This document shows, in pieces, positions 1 through 8,349 of a DNA stretch of 64,000 nt; position 1 is the stretch's first letter, and each line of letters begins with the position of its first letter. The DNA is from Candidatus Poribacteria bacterium. Lineage in GTDB: Bacteria > Poribacteria > WGA-4E > WGA-3G. The DNA is taken from assembly GCA_963665235.2 (NCBI GenBank), contig CAXXLX010000001.1, positions 3,776,001 through 3,840,000 of the forward strand. Direction: 5' to 3'. A program made the position numbers and the translations under genes. The notes below the pieces were generated by a model. The model saw only the letters and a list, made by a program, of their open reading frames with translations, was not told the DNA's origin and did not search any database.

Positions 1-328
1 CCATTGCGATGAGTCCGGGCCCGTGGTCAAGTCGATATTTTTTGCCCAAAACTTCCTCAAGGTAGGGTTTGACGTTTGGATGTATCAATAGGTCACGGAA
101 GGGTTCACACCAGGGTTTTTCCCATGCCAGCATGCCGCCCATGTCCATGCGGTGTGCGGTTCCGGCGAGTGCTGCGGAGCCGCCCGCCAATGAGTTCTCG
201 CGTTCTTTGAGCAGCGCGATGTGATGGTCAATGGCAGCGTTGCACTGTGCGATCTCGTCGGTAGTCAGTGCGTCTTCCACGACGAGATACCCTGTTAAAT
301 CGAATAGATATTTTTGTTCTTCATTCAT
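1..328 (-). CDS. Phytanoyl-CoA dioxygenase (PhyH) family protein, N-terminal part (runs off window edge)
   Basis: Manual translation from ATG at 328: MNEEQKYLFDLTGYLVVEDALTTDEIAQCNAAID..., similar to the N-terminus of the PhyH gene at 23925; AGGAG SD upstream. Confidence 0.75.
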   Translation of the reverse strand, partial: MNEEQKYLFDLTGYLVVEDALTTDEIAQCNAAIDHHIALLKERENSLAGGSAALAGTAHRMDMGGMLAWEKPWCEPFRDLLIHPNVKPYLEEVLGKKYRLDHGPGLIAM

Positions 329-366
329 CTGCTATTTCTCCTGATGCAGGCTACATGTGCTTTGTA

Positions 367-410
367 TATTAGCAAATGGCGATTAGCAATTTGGCAATTG
401 GCAATTGGCA
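367..410. repeat. Short tandem heptamer repeat (RGCRATT units), STRR-like; recurs near 4432, 7470, 13440, 39345, 40420, 63885
   Basis: ggcaatt/agcaatt/ggcgatt units are directly visible. Confidence 0.7.
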
Positions 411-680
411 AGAGAAGAAAGAAAAGAAATATAAGAGAAGAAACCTCTTTGTTTTCTTCCTCTTGCTAAAGGTTTCCATAGGTTTCCAACTGCCATTGTC
501 GGATTGGACTTCGTTCAACCCAACCTACAAGGACAGCTAAGTAGCAACTTGAGTTATATTAGCAGATTAAAAAAAATGTGTCAAATGAAAATTAAACGGA
601 CTATAAAATTATGCTTGCAGGAAAATTGGAGGTGTGTTATTATCGATTAAAATCACATCCGTAAAGTTGGAAAAGTCGCT

Positions 681-2627
681 ATGCATATCCAAGGGCACAA
701 TCACAAGGCTGCGTACCACACCGTCGTATCTACTCCCAACGGCAGAATTGGCGAGCTACGGCTTAGCACAAATAACCGTAAACTGACTACACCCGCTATT
801 TATCCTGTTATCAGCTTCCTGACCGGGACAAGTCCACGTGGCGGGGGCATCTGGAAATATCTCCTCCGCGATTTTATGCAGCGTGACTATCAGATGTTGT
901 CACAGGTCCTGCACTTTCTGGATTTTAACTTCACCGGAAAATATCTCGCGAACTGGCGGAAAAAGTCGATGCGGGAAAATTACCGCGAACAGAACGGTGA
1001 TTACAAAGGTACCCTCTTTTTGGATTCAGGGGGATTCAAACTCCTTTACAATGCTGGTTTAGAATTGTCGGAATTCGGAATTCATAAGGAGACAGAGGCG
1101 GACGATATACTCGCTTTGCAATTAGATTTTGGTGGGGATATCGTTGCCTCGTTGGACTACCCGCTTCCGCCAAATCTGGTACGTGCCGAAGCTGATATCC
1201 GTATGGCACAGAGCTTGCAAAACGCAATCCGAGCTGCAGAACTATTGACCGACAAAGCAGATAAACCTCCGTATCTTTATATCTGTTGTCATGGACAATC
1301 TCAAGAGGATATCAGCAATTATACCGCTCAAGTCTTCGAACAGGTTGGCGATAAATTGCCCTCCTTCGGTCTTGCTGTCGGGTCGCTTGTGCCGCTGCGG
1401 GGACGCGACGATTCAGCTGTTATGGAACGTATCCGAGGGGTTGTCGAGGCAATACCGGAAGCGCGTCGTGACACTACGCCTATTCACGCGTTCGGAGTCT
1501 CTGGGGTGCTGACACCTGTGCTTGCATACCTTGGCGTGGATAGCTTTGACAGCACTACCTATATCCAAACTGCACGCAGCCTGTTTTATGCACAACCAGA
1601 CACGCAGCGAAAACTCAAAATCCTTGAGATGGATACGATAACTTGTGATTGCTACGTCTGCCAGCAATACCCGCTTGACGAAATGCAACAAGCCCTGATG
1701 GAAGAACAGAGTTATCAGGTCACGTCAACTGGGAAGTATAAGAGCGAATACTATGCGGCGATTGCCCTACACAATTTTGAGATGGAAACCCGGATGCTTG
1801 CGGAAATGTGTGAAGGGATTCAGGCAGATGACGCAGTGGAAGCGTTGGCAGAACACATCGGCAAATATCAACACAACCGCGGCACCCACGAAGCGATAGG
1901 GTGGCTTGCCGAAAACGATACTGAACTGGGAATTCGATTGACCCGCACCTTAATTCATAACCCAACACGCAAGGAAAAGATTTTTCGCGACCCAAATCAG
2001 TTGGAGCTCTTCTCGCTGGACTATGAGACCCCTGAAAATGCAACGACGCTTATAGCGGAAGATGCTACGGAGACCATCTCATTATCGTATACCCCCGATG
2101 ATTTTAGTGTTCCTGCCGATTACGAACCGCCTGCCGATAAAAATATACTTTTGGTGATTCCGTGCGCGGGAAAGAAACCGTATTCCCTTTCACGAACACA
2201 CACGATTGTTGCTAAAAAATTAGTAGCGGTTTTCGGGGAAAAACAGCAGCATATCCACAAGGTCACACTCTCCGGACTCTATGGCCCTGTTCCAGCAGAA
2301 TTTGAGACCGAGGAGGCGGTCACACGCTACGATTTTCAGTTGTCTCCGCACAACGGTGCACAAATTGAGCTGTGTACGAAACGATTACTCGCTTATCTCG
2401 AAAAATATGGCACGTCTTACACGTTATGTGTCGGTTATGCAACGAGCAGGGCATATCGGGAGGTAATGTCCCTCGCTGAAAAGCGGTATAGACGGTTCAT
2501 TTTAATGCCGAAATCGTTAAAACAGAAACGGTTGTCTGAATTCTTTAGACACGCCCATTTGGATGCTTTGGTTGAATTGATACAGGAGAAGGGGGAAATT
2601 GAAGGCAGTGACAGCACAAGCGAATAG
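681..2627 (+). CDS. tRNA-guanine transglycosylase-like (arcTGT/DpdA-type) domain fused to ArcS/DUF5591 domain
   Basis: TGT motifs DSGGF, LDYP, GSLVP, HAFG, GVDSFDS and Zn site CDCxxC...H; C-terminal PCAGKKPYSLSRTH matches ArcS motif PCX3KPYX2SX2H. Confidence 0.8.
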   Translation: MHIQGHNHKAAYHTVVSTPNGRIGELRLSTNNRKLTTPAIYPVISFLTGTSPRGGGIWKYLLRDFMQRDYQMLSQVLHFLDFNFTGKYLANWRKKSMRENYREQNGDYKGTLFLDSGGFKLLYNAGLELSEFGIHKETEADDILALQLDFGGDIVASLDYPLPPNLVRAEADIRMAQSLQNAIRAAELLTDKADKPPYLYICCHGQSQEDISNYTAQVFEQVGDKLPSFGLAVGSLVPLRGRDDSAVMERIRGVVEAIPEARRDTTPIHAFGVSGVLTPVLAYLGVDSFDSTTYIQTARSLFYAQPDTQRKLKILEMDTITCDCYVCQQYPLDEMQQALMEEQSYQVTSTGKYKSEYYAAIALHNFEMETRMLAEMCEGIQADDAVEALAEHIGKYQHNRGTHEAIGWLAENDTELGIRLTRTLIHNPTRKEKIFRDPNQLELFSLDYETPENATTLIAEDATETISLSYTPDDFSVPADYEPPADKNILLVIPCAGKKPYSLSRTHTIVAKKLVAVFGEKQQHIHKVTLSGLYGPVPAEFETEEAVTRYDFQLSPHNGAQIELCTKRLLAYLEKYGTSYTLCVGYATSRAYREVMSLAEKRYRRFILMPKSLKQKRLSEFFRHAHLDALVELIQEKGEIEGSDSTSE

Positions 2628-3801
2628 GGAAATTCTGAACTATTTTTTACCGCCACGTATTGAATTCGGGGCAGGGGCCATCGCCAATTTAGGGAAACAC
2701 GTGAGGGCTTTCGAGGGTGAGAAGCCGCTTGTCGTTAGCGATGCGGGTCTCCGTGAAGCGGGAATATTGCGTCAAGCTGTTGCTCCCTTGGAAGCGGCAA
2801 ATCTACACTACGCCACCTATACGGAGATTGAACCGAATCCTACAGATGTGAGCATCACGCCGGGGGTTGAGGTCTATCGGGCAGAAACGTGTGATGTCAT
2901 CATCGCTGTCGGCGGGGGGAGCGTTATGGATGCTGCTAAAGCTATCCGCCTTTTGACTACGCATGACCCGCCACTGGCACCCTATTATGTGGACTCGGGT
3001 GGTGTTAGCCGGATACGCGACGATATGCCGCCGCTTATCTGTGTGCCGACAACAGCTGGCACGGGTAGTGAAGTGTCACAAGGCGCGGTGATTACGGATA
3101 CCTCACGGCAGACGACGAATCGATGGCGGAAACGCGCCTTTGTTACGCCTTTCAACATGGCGAATCTCGCTCTTCTTGACCCGATATTAACGGTTGGGAT
3201 GCCTCCGATGTTGACCGCTGCTACCGGCATGGATGCGATTACGCACGGAATTGAGGCTTATGTGGCGACAAAATATCACCCTATCGCTGAAGGTGTTGCG
3301 CTGATAGCCTTAAGAATGTTGGGCGCGAATATCCGAAAGGTGTCCCACGATGGCGAAGATGTTGTTGCACGCGGGGAGATGTTGCTCGCAGCATGTATGG
3401 CAGCGTTCGCATTTCAAAAAGGACTTGGGGCTGTTCACTCAATTGCACATCAGTTATCGACAGAAGCCCCTATTCCGCACGGTGTAGCGAACGCTATTCT
3501 GTTACCGCATGTCATGACGTTTAATTTGCCTGCCGTAACTTCGAAGTATGCGGATATCGCTGCGGCGTTGGGCGTTAATACCGCGGGTATGTCCGCAGCG
3601 GAGGCGGCGCGCGCGGCAATTGATGAAATCCGGGAATTAAATGTGCAGCTGAATATGCCCGCAGGTCTGGGTGCGGCAGGCTTGGCAAAGGCACGACTTC
3701 CGAAAATAGCAGCGGATTCTATGCTCGATCACTGTTATAAATTTAATCCAAGACCGTGTACGGAACAGGATATGCACAATCTGCTTGTGGCAGCATTCTG
3801 A
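2599..3801 (+). CDS. Iron-containing alcohol dehydrogenase
   Basis: GGGSVMDAAK, PTTAGTGSE, GMDAITHGIE, HSIAH, PHGVANA motifs; exact start uncertain. Confidence 0.92.
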   Translation: MKAVTAQANREILNYFLPPRIEFGAGAIANLGKHVRAFEGEKPLVVSDAGLREAGILRQAVAPLEAANLHYATYTEIEPNPTDVSITPGVEVYRAETCDVIIAVGGGSVMDAAKAIRLLTTHDPPLAPYYVDSGGVSRIRDDMPPLICVPTTAGTGSEVSQGAVITDTSRQTTNRWRKRAFVTPFNMANLALLDPILTVGMPPMLTAATGMDAITHGIEAYVATKYHPIAEGVALIALRMLGANIRKVSHDGEDVVARGEMLLAACMAAFAFQKGLGAVHSIAHQLSTEAPIPHGVANAILLPHVMTFNLPAVTSKYADIAAALGVNTAGMSAAEAARAAIDEIRELNVQLNMPAGLGAAGLAKARLPKIAADSMLDHCYKFNPRPCTEQDMHNLLVAAF

Positions 3802-3845
3802 ACGTTGCGATGTGCTGCACCAGTTCATCTTCTGAATTTTACTAA

Positions 3846-4246
3846 TACCATTTTTATTAATTATTCTATCATTACCGGTTGTTAGAAATGAAACGGAGAA
3901 CAGCACAAACTGGAAGTTTATGCTACAATAAAGAGCACAAACTGGAAGTTTATGCTACAATAAAGAGCACAAACTGGAAGTTTATGCTACAATAAAGAGC
4001 ACAAACTAAAAGTTTATGCTACAATAAAGAGCACAAACTAAAAGTTTGGCTCATGTTAAAGATGTGTGCGATTGTTCTAATAAACGCAATGGCCACAAGG
4101 GTTAAATTTTCTTATGCACTTATTCTTTACATGAGCCAAAAGTTTATGCTACAATAAAGAGCACAAACTGGAAGTTTATGCTACAATAAAGAGCACAAAC
4201 TAAAAGTTTATGCTACAATAAAAAGACATTTTCAATTAGAAATGGT
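3846..4246. mobile_element. MITE family A (TACCATTT...AAATGGTA, 3-bp TAA target duplication) carrying seven 32-bp hairpin repeats, one interrupted
   Basis: Terminal inverted repeats; same ends at 20525-20768 and 50773-50935; unit gcacaaactggaagtttatgctacaataaaga. Confidence 0.8.
4048..4137. mobile_element. 90-bp MITE with GGCTCATGT(T)AAAGA inverted ends and 8-bp target duplication AAAAGTTT (ISL3/IS1595-like), nested in MITE A
   Basis: AAAAGTTT at 4040-4047 and 4138-4145; removing the insert restores an intact 32-bp unit. Confidence 0.85.
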
Positions 4247-4429
4247 ATAACTTTGGACAATTCAAGGGGATAGGTGGAAGGGTGGAAGATTAGATTTCGT
4301 GTTTTTTGTCTGAATCGCGGATTATCGCGGATTACACGGATTACGCGGATTTTTTTAAGGTGTGTATGCGTCAAGGTTTTGTGATTAAGTTGCGTTTTTT
4401 TGTCTGTCTGAATCGCGGATTACACGGAT

Positions 4430-4578
4430 TTGGCAATTAGCAATTAGCAAGAGAGGTATTCTGAACCCTCTGACGCGCGTCAAAGCGTTGATTAGAATTA
4501 CAACATCTTGCCATTAGTTTCCATAAGCCAATCGCCATAAGCCAACATTCTATAAACATTCCGCCCCGCTGGGGCTGC
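4430..4578 (+). repeat. About 150-bp direct repeat; second copy at about 7480-7977 is interrupted by a MITE
   Basis: ggtattctgaaccctctgacgcgcgtcaaagcgtt...attacaacatcttgccattagtttccataagcc...ccgccccgctggggct is near-identical in both copies. Confidence 0.85.
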
Positions 4579-4765
4579 GCTTTGGCACAATTAAACGAAT
4601 TGCTGCGACACAGACAGACACTTCCGCTTGCATAGAACAGACACACCCGGGCTGTAATAAGGATATACCAGAAAAATCGCCCCAAACTCACAACCGGAAT
4701 TACATTGTCCGCTATCAGGCGATAGCGGTGCAAAGTGAAGTAGTTTTCAATAAGGAGAATTTGAC

Positions 4766-5536
4766 ATGTCTTTTTTGAAAAATAACGCCTACTGGATTGT
4801 TGCTGTCGTCATCGGGTTGGGCATATCGGTTGTTATGCTCTCACAACGCGGAGACCGAGAATCTGTCTCGCCTCCCTCAAAGGCGATTGAGACACATAAG
4901 CAGCCAGAAGCTATTTCACACCCCACTCGACAAACCGGTGAAGCGTACACCTATCCCGCCGCACGTCCACTGCAAAGACCCGATAGCATCACAGACCCCG
5001 AAGTCAAAGCGGCTTGGGACCTTGTGGAATCTCTCAAAACGAATATTTGGGACTATGGCGGACAACCGACCCCCCGAGCGACCGAACTGATAGACACATT
5101 GATGCCACCGCCTGACAGGTTTCGGGGTGAAACCGCACACGATGACGTTGAGGTGACATTGGAATTGCTGTCCGAACTTAGCGGGTTTCGCGACCCACGC
5201 GCCGCCGTCGTCTTCGCAACGTATGCTGGCGAAGGCATCGTGAGCGGGCATAGTTTGAAGCAGGCATTGGTAGAGATCGGACCCCCTGCTATTCCTTACA
5301 TGCTTCCTTACATAGAACCGCCGTATAACAGATTTGAAAAAAATCCACTGGAAATCATTCATGCGTTAGGTCCTATTGGCGTGCAACATCGCGAGGAATT
5401 AGAAGGTGTGATCAAACACATCATCATCCCAAAATTAGAAGCATTTATTGAAGCAGAACACACGATGCTAATGTTTTTGCCTTTAAAATATGCATGTGAG
5501 TCGCTATCGATGCTGGAAAAGGAGGAAAGCAAATGA
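4766..5536 (+). CDS. Hypothetical membrane-anchored protein with HEAT-like helical repeats
   Basis: AGGAG SD; N-terminal TM helix; DPRAA..ALVEIGPPAIPY HEAT-like segments; overlaps next start (ATGA). Confidence 0.65.
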   Translation: MSFLKNNAYWIVAVVIGLGISVVMLSQRGDRESVSPPSKAIETHKQPEAISHPTRQTGEAYTYPAARPLQRPDSITDPEVKAAWDLVESLKTNIWDYGGQPTPRATELIDTLMPPPDRFRGETAHDDVEVTLELLSELSGFRDPRAAVVFATYAGEGIVSGHSLKQALVEIGPPAIPYMLPYIEPPYNRFEKNPLEIIHALGPIGVQHREELEGVIKHIIIPKLEAFIEAEHTMLMFLPLKYACESLSMLEKEESK

Positions 5537-7398
5537 AAGTTATAACGTTTTGTGTTTCTGTATTTTTATTCATATTTTGTGTTTTCACATTCAACTCCGT
5601 GACGGGTGGCGGTGTTGAGCCGGATCTGATTTTCACGTCGTGGCAAGCCGGTCAAGGGGTCAAAGGGGGCCCTTCGGATGCCAAGGATTTTAAGGAGGTT
5701 TGGAAGACCTTTATTACCGATACAGAGACTACTTGTAAACTGAATGTGACGGTAGGGTATGCCAAGAAGCAACCCGCGAACGCGTATAAACTCCACAGAT
5801 ATGAGTGGGAAGTGACCGCGGACATATTGCATCCGGGTTTGCCAAAGGCAGAGCTGAAGAAGCAGATTTTTAGATTTGTCGGTAAACAATCACAAGAAGG
5901 TGACACCGGTAACACGGGCACGACTTTCCGCTACTCAGGCAACGGCACGCTTTCTGAACATTGGCATCCAACGGGGACTGATGAAGAGAAGCAAACATAC
6001 TGTGTCAATTACGAAGGCAATAAACAGCCTCAGAGGGGCAGAAGTCTGAGTATCACTGTGAAATTTATCGGCTACTATGGGACTGACCCGAACGACGAAA
6101 AGAAAACAGAAATCGAGCTGCCGTTGGCAACAGATATAACAGATCAGATGCGGCAGGAGTATTTGGATCAGAAACGTTTGGTGCCAGCCCGCGGTGAATT
6201 TTTAGACGATCCGGGCAATAAGTCTCCGTATAATCACGGACACTATGAAAAACTGATGGATGGTGGTTTAGCAGCGTACCGTCTCGCTTGGTTAGCGAAG
6301 TGTAATGAACTTTGGCGGCAGTGTAGTGAATCTCATAATTGCACACATAATAAAGTTGTAAATAAAAAAATCAAAATCGTTTGTAAACCTCCGAACTGTC
6401 CGGAAAAAGGGTGTACTCATAAAGCAATCGCTAAGTTAACGTTGGAAGACTTTGAGATTAAGAGTGCGTATCGGCATCCACATCACAATGATTATCATGC
6501 GGTAGGGACCGCACTGCATGGGCTGCATCAGTATGGATACGCCTTAGATATAACGACTCCCGATATAGATGGTGATGGCAAGCCAGAACAGGTTAAAAAT
6601 GATAGGGCGAGCAGTCCAGATGGTGCCGCAATGTCGGACGCAGCCTACGCAGCGGGTGCTGATTGGTGTCGCTCTTGGGAAAAATATAAGACCATTACAC
6701 ACGCGGATTGGCGTTTTGATTATAAAAAGGCTGTGGGTGCGAAAAACTGGCCCCCGGCGATCAATTCGTCAGGGCAGTTGTTATCCAAGACATCGCCTGA
6801 AGACTCAACACCGACAACACCCCCCAACACGCCGACCCCCACACCGATACCTACGCCCACACCGACACCGACACCCCCATCCACGATTACTTATGCCTGC
6901 TCTGTGCATTCAGGGGGAGAGAGCGGAGCGAGTTCTCATGTGTGGAGTAGTGCACCGTGTGGAGATGCAACCCACGCGGGGTATCTGTGCCAAATCAACG
7001 CATCAGACCATGAATGGGTGTCCGAGAGTTGTCCATCGTTGCATGCACACTATGAATGCGATGGGACAGACCATTCATTGCAAGCTTCTTGTTCTGTCAC
7101 CAATTCGCGCGGAGATACCTGCACGGTGACGAGCTTCTATGCATGTGCGTCGCATACGCATCAGTATCCTGCCCGGTGTGCACGAAGTGCATGTGCACAA
7201 ATCGTGAGTCACCGGTTAGAACATCGCCAGACCTGTAGTGCCGGACATACGTATTGGACCTGCATTTCGGGAGCGACACATGACCATACGACCGTTTTCA
7301 CGTGTCGGCGTCCCGGGTGTGGTGTGACCTTCACGCGGTGTATCAATGGCATCTGTATTAGCAATGTCGGGACAAGGCCGTGGCATTGGGCGCAGTAG
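5533..7398 (+). CDS. Secreted protein with peptidase M15A-like (DD-peptidase) domain, Pro/Thr linker and Cys/His-rich C-terminus
   Basis: Signal peptide; SAYRHPHHN...LHQYGYALDI...THADWR resembles the M15A SGYR..N/HxxGxAxD/H motifs; (PT)n linker. Confidence 0.65.
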   Translation: MKVITFCVSVFLFIFCVFTFNSVTGGGVEPDLIFTSWQAGQGVKGGPSDAKDFKEVWKTFITDTETTCKLNVTVGYAKKQPANAYKLHRYEWEVTADILHPGLPKAELKKQIFRFVGKQSQEGDTGNTGTTFRYSGNGTLSEHWHPTGTDEEKQTYCVNYEGNKQPQRGRSLSITVKFIGYYGTDPNDEKKTEIELPLATDITDQMRQEYLDQKRLVPARGEFLDDPGNKSPYNHGHYEKLMDGGLAAYRLAWLAKCNELWRQCSESHNCTHNKVVNKKIKIVCKPPNCPEKGCTHKAIAKLTLEDFEIKSAYRHPHHNDYHAVGTALHGLHQYGYALDITTPDIDGDGKPEQVKNDRASSPDGAAMSDAAYAAGADWCRSWEKYKTITHADWRFDYKKAVGAKNWPPAINSSGQLLSKTSPEDSTPTTPPNTPTPTPIPTPTPTPTPPSTITYACSVHSGGESGASSHVWSSAPCGDATHAGYLCQINASDHEWVSESCPSLHAHYECDGTDHSLQASCSVTNSRGDTCTVTSFYACASHTHQYPARCARSACAQIVSHRLEHRQTCSAGHTYWTCISGATHDHTTVFTCRRPGCGVTFTRCINGICISNVGTRPWHWAQ

Positions 7399-7547
7399 TA
7401 GGAGAACGCTCAACTTTGAACGCAACAGGCAGGTATCCAATTTTGGGAACCTGCCTTCCTCTCGCGATAGCAATTGGCAATTAGCGATTAGCAATTAGCA
7501 AGAACGGTATTCTGAACCCTCTGACGCGCGTCAAAGCGTTAATTAGA

Positions 7548-7893
7548 CAGGACAGACGCATTCCCCCCGCCTGCGGGGGGTTCTTACTGTTACCCATAAG
7601 TTTTTTTGGGGGGCTGTTTAGTTTTTTCACTACTTCTGCAGCGGAAACGGACAGGAAAATAGACCTCAATCTTAGAATCAATCGTCTTTATGTGCCTATT
7701 GAGATGATTTCAGACGCTTTTTTCGTCTTTATGCGCCGTTTTGTGTCAGAAATCGGGATTAGAAACTCCTTGCACAAGAAGTCGAAACCATTAATTCGAC
7801 TTGTGGGTAACAGCCAGCCGCCTGCGGGGGGTTAGGGGGGGCGGGTAAACCCTGCGAAAAGCTGCAAAGTTTGTTTTATTTGCGTTCGTCCTG
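7548..7893. mobile_element. MITE family C (CAGGAC..ACGCA inverted ends), TTAGA duplicated on both sides; long variant of 24737-24830
   Basis: Empty site visible in the repeat copy at about 4490 (gattagaattac); ends homologous to 24737-24830. Confidence 0.75.
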
Positions 7894-8096
7894 TTAGAAT
7901 TACAACATCTTGCCATTAGTTTCCATAAGCCAATCGCCATAAGCCAACATTCTATAAACATTCCGCCCCGCTGGGGCTAGTTTGTGTTTTGTTTGGGCTT
8001 TCTATAAACATACCGCCCCGCTGGGGCTGCGCTTTGGCATGAGGAGCGGGGAACTGTTTTCCCGAATACTGTGTCTATTTTGGACGAGTTGTTCAT

Positions 8097-8173
8097 GTGT
8101 GAGGAATTTAGAGAAAAATCAGAAATGCTTTGAAAATCGGGCATCAACCTCACAGATAGTGTCCAAACTATAG
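8097..8173 (+). repeat. Dispersed ~78-bp repeat (tgtgtgag..gaaaaatcag..tccaaactatag); copies at about 13986-14061, 51455-51531 and 54065-54142 (inverted)
   Basis: Visual alignment of four copies. Confidence 0.7.
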
Positions 8174-8180
8174 TGTATTT

Positions 8181-8337
8181 TAACGCGAGTTTGAAAAAAA
8201 GGTTTTGACCTACAGCGTTCTGTGGTAGTTTTAGCAAAAAACAGCACAAACTAGGAAGTTTATGCTACAATTATACCGCTTTTTTCGCGATGAAAAAGGT
8301 TTAGAGAAAACGGATATTTATTATCAAGCTCACGTTA
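8181..8337. mobile_element. MITE family B (TAACGYGAGYTTGA inverted ends) containing one 32-bp-type hairpin
   Basis: taacgcgagtttgaaaa ... ttatcaagctcacgtta; same ends at 27168-27368. Confidence 0.7.
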
Positions 8338-8349
8338 TTTTAACAAATT

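Noticed and set aside
681-2627. Canonical queuine tRNA-ribosyltransferase (tgt)
   Set aside because: It lacks the bacterial FMPVGT and GGLSVGE motifs and has an extra ArcS-type domain, so no gene symbol was given
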